DNA of 64,000 bases from Octopus sinensis (lineage: Eukaryota), in contig NC_043008.1 in the NCBI RefSeq assembly GCF_006345805.1, forward strand, positions 27,404,001 to 27,468,000. The letters run 5' to 3'. The position numbers and the translations under genes were made by a program. The first letter of the stretch is position 1, and each line of letters begins with the position of its first letter. The notes below the pieces were generated by a model, which saw only the letters and a list, made by a program, of their open reading frames with translations, did not search any database and was not told the origin of the DNA. This document shows, one piece after another, positions 62,931 through 64,000 of this stretch.

Positions 62931-64000
62931 ACCTCTCTTGTTTTGAGTTTATATGGACAGTATCAGATGAATGATTGTACGACATTTCTGAAAATTACAA
63001 GTGTTAGATTAATGGAGGAGTTTTATTGATACTTAAATGAGGGGGGGGTCTCTAGAAACTTTATCAAAAATGTTCTATTGTTAGAATCTAACTTAGAACT
63101 ACTCTATAATAAAAATTAAATATGTTTTAATTATGGATCTGGATACGTCAGTTTCTGAGAAACATTTTCTTTTGCTTTTTATGTTTATTCTCAGAAATAT
63201 GCAAATGTTTCAACATTGATGATTGCTGTAACGGGCAATATATCTTTTCGTATCTCTTTTGTGATCACTTCGCAATATGAAGGGATTTAGTATATTTTAG
63301 AGTTAAAGTGCATTTCTGCGTTTCATTCTTTCGTGTACGAATTGAAGCTAGCTATTATATTGCTAAGAAATGAAGTAGGGAATTTATAGTTGAAGGGTAA
63401 GTTGTATTTAGGTGTGTGGCTTAAATGATGTAGTGCAAAATATATTGCACGAAATACAAAACTTTACTGATAAACAAATGCATTGATGTTTAAAAACGGC
63501 AGCGGCTGCTTGATTTGGCAGATTCAGTTAAGTAAATCATATGTTCTGAAAATATGATTTAAGTAAGTGATATTGTGTCGTTGCGAAATGAAGAAATATG
63601 CATTTCAAGACAGCTCATCATGCAGATTTTTATTGAAGCCTCAACATGAGGCGTAAATACTCGTACATTTCCTCAGTAGTTTCGTAAAATATCAAGCTCT
63701 TTTGTGATAAGTCAATTTGATAATTTTGCACGGACCCCTATGTGTTTCTAGTTTTTGCCTGTCTAAAGCGAAATGGAACTGTGTCGATTTGCAAGTATAT
63801 TTTTGGTTATATATGGTATTAAAATTAAAATAGGCAAACTAATTTGTGGATTCTAGTTTATGCCGCGGCGTTTTGTGCATAGCTATGGTTTGCTTTGTTG
63901 TTCTTTGATTACAGTATAATTCTGATGGCAAAATATTTTTAAAATATCTTAAAACTTGTTTCAGTCATTAGACGGCAGAGCTTCTGGGGCACCTGCTTCA

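Noticed and set aside
63660-63700. GAAAC and CTGAGGA on the minus strand
   Set aside because: Wrong spacing (2 nt apart) for any hammerhead topology.

Overview
AT-rich, microsatellite-dense eukaryotic DNA with no confidently named host gene. The tRNA-derived SINE families and repeat content look like a coleoid cephalopod (Octopus-like) genome; this is inference from remembered SINE motifs, not a database match. The window is mostly transposable elements: R4/Dong-clade and RTE LINE fragments, several Penelope-like elements (PLEs), a 4.1-kb Ty3/Gypsy LTR retrotransposon with 276-bp LTRs and a GTATA target-site duplication, and Tc1, mariner, rosa-like (DD41D), Merlin, piggyBac-like, MITE and Helitron-like DNA elements. 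The most striking signal is about 11 type I hammerhead-ribozyme (HHR) motifs, some intact and some decayed. Three separate loci (20.4-23.1, 39.5-39.8 and 56.2-57.45 kb) share one architecture: a head-to-head palindrome with an outward-pointing HHR near each end. One young pair has a compensatory G3-C8 core (GUGAACA). A multi-layer nest at 19.1-24.7 kb can be reconstructed using an inverted empty-site copy at 16.6 kb. A few unidentified candidate exons are reported at low confidence. All coordinates and alignments were read by eye; approximate boundaries are stated as such.
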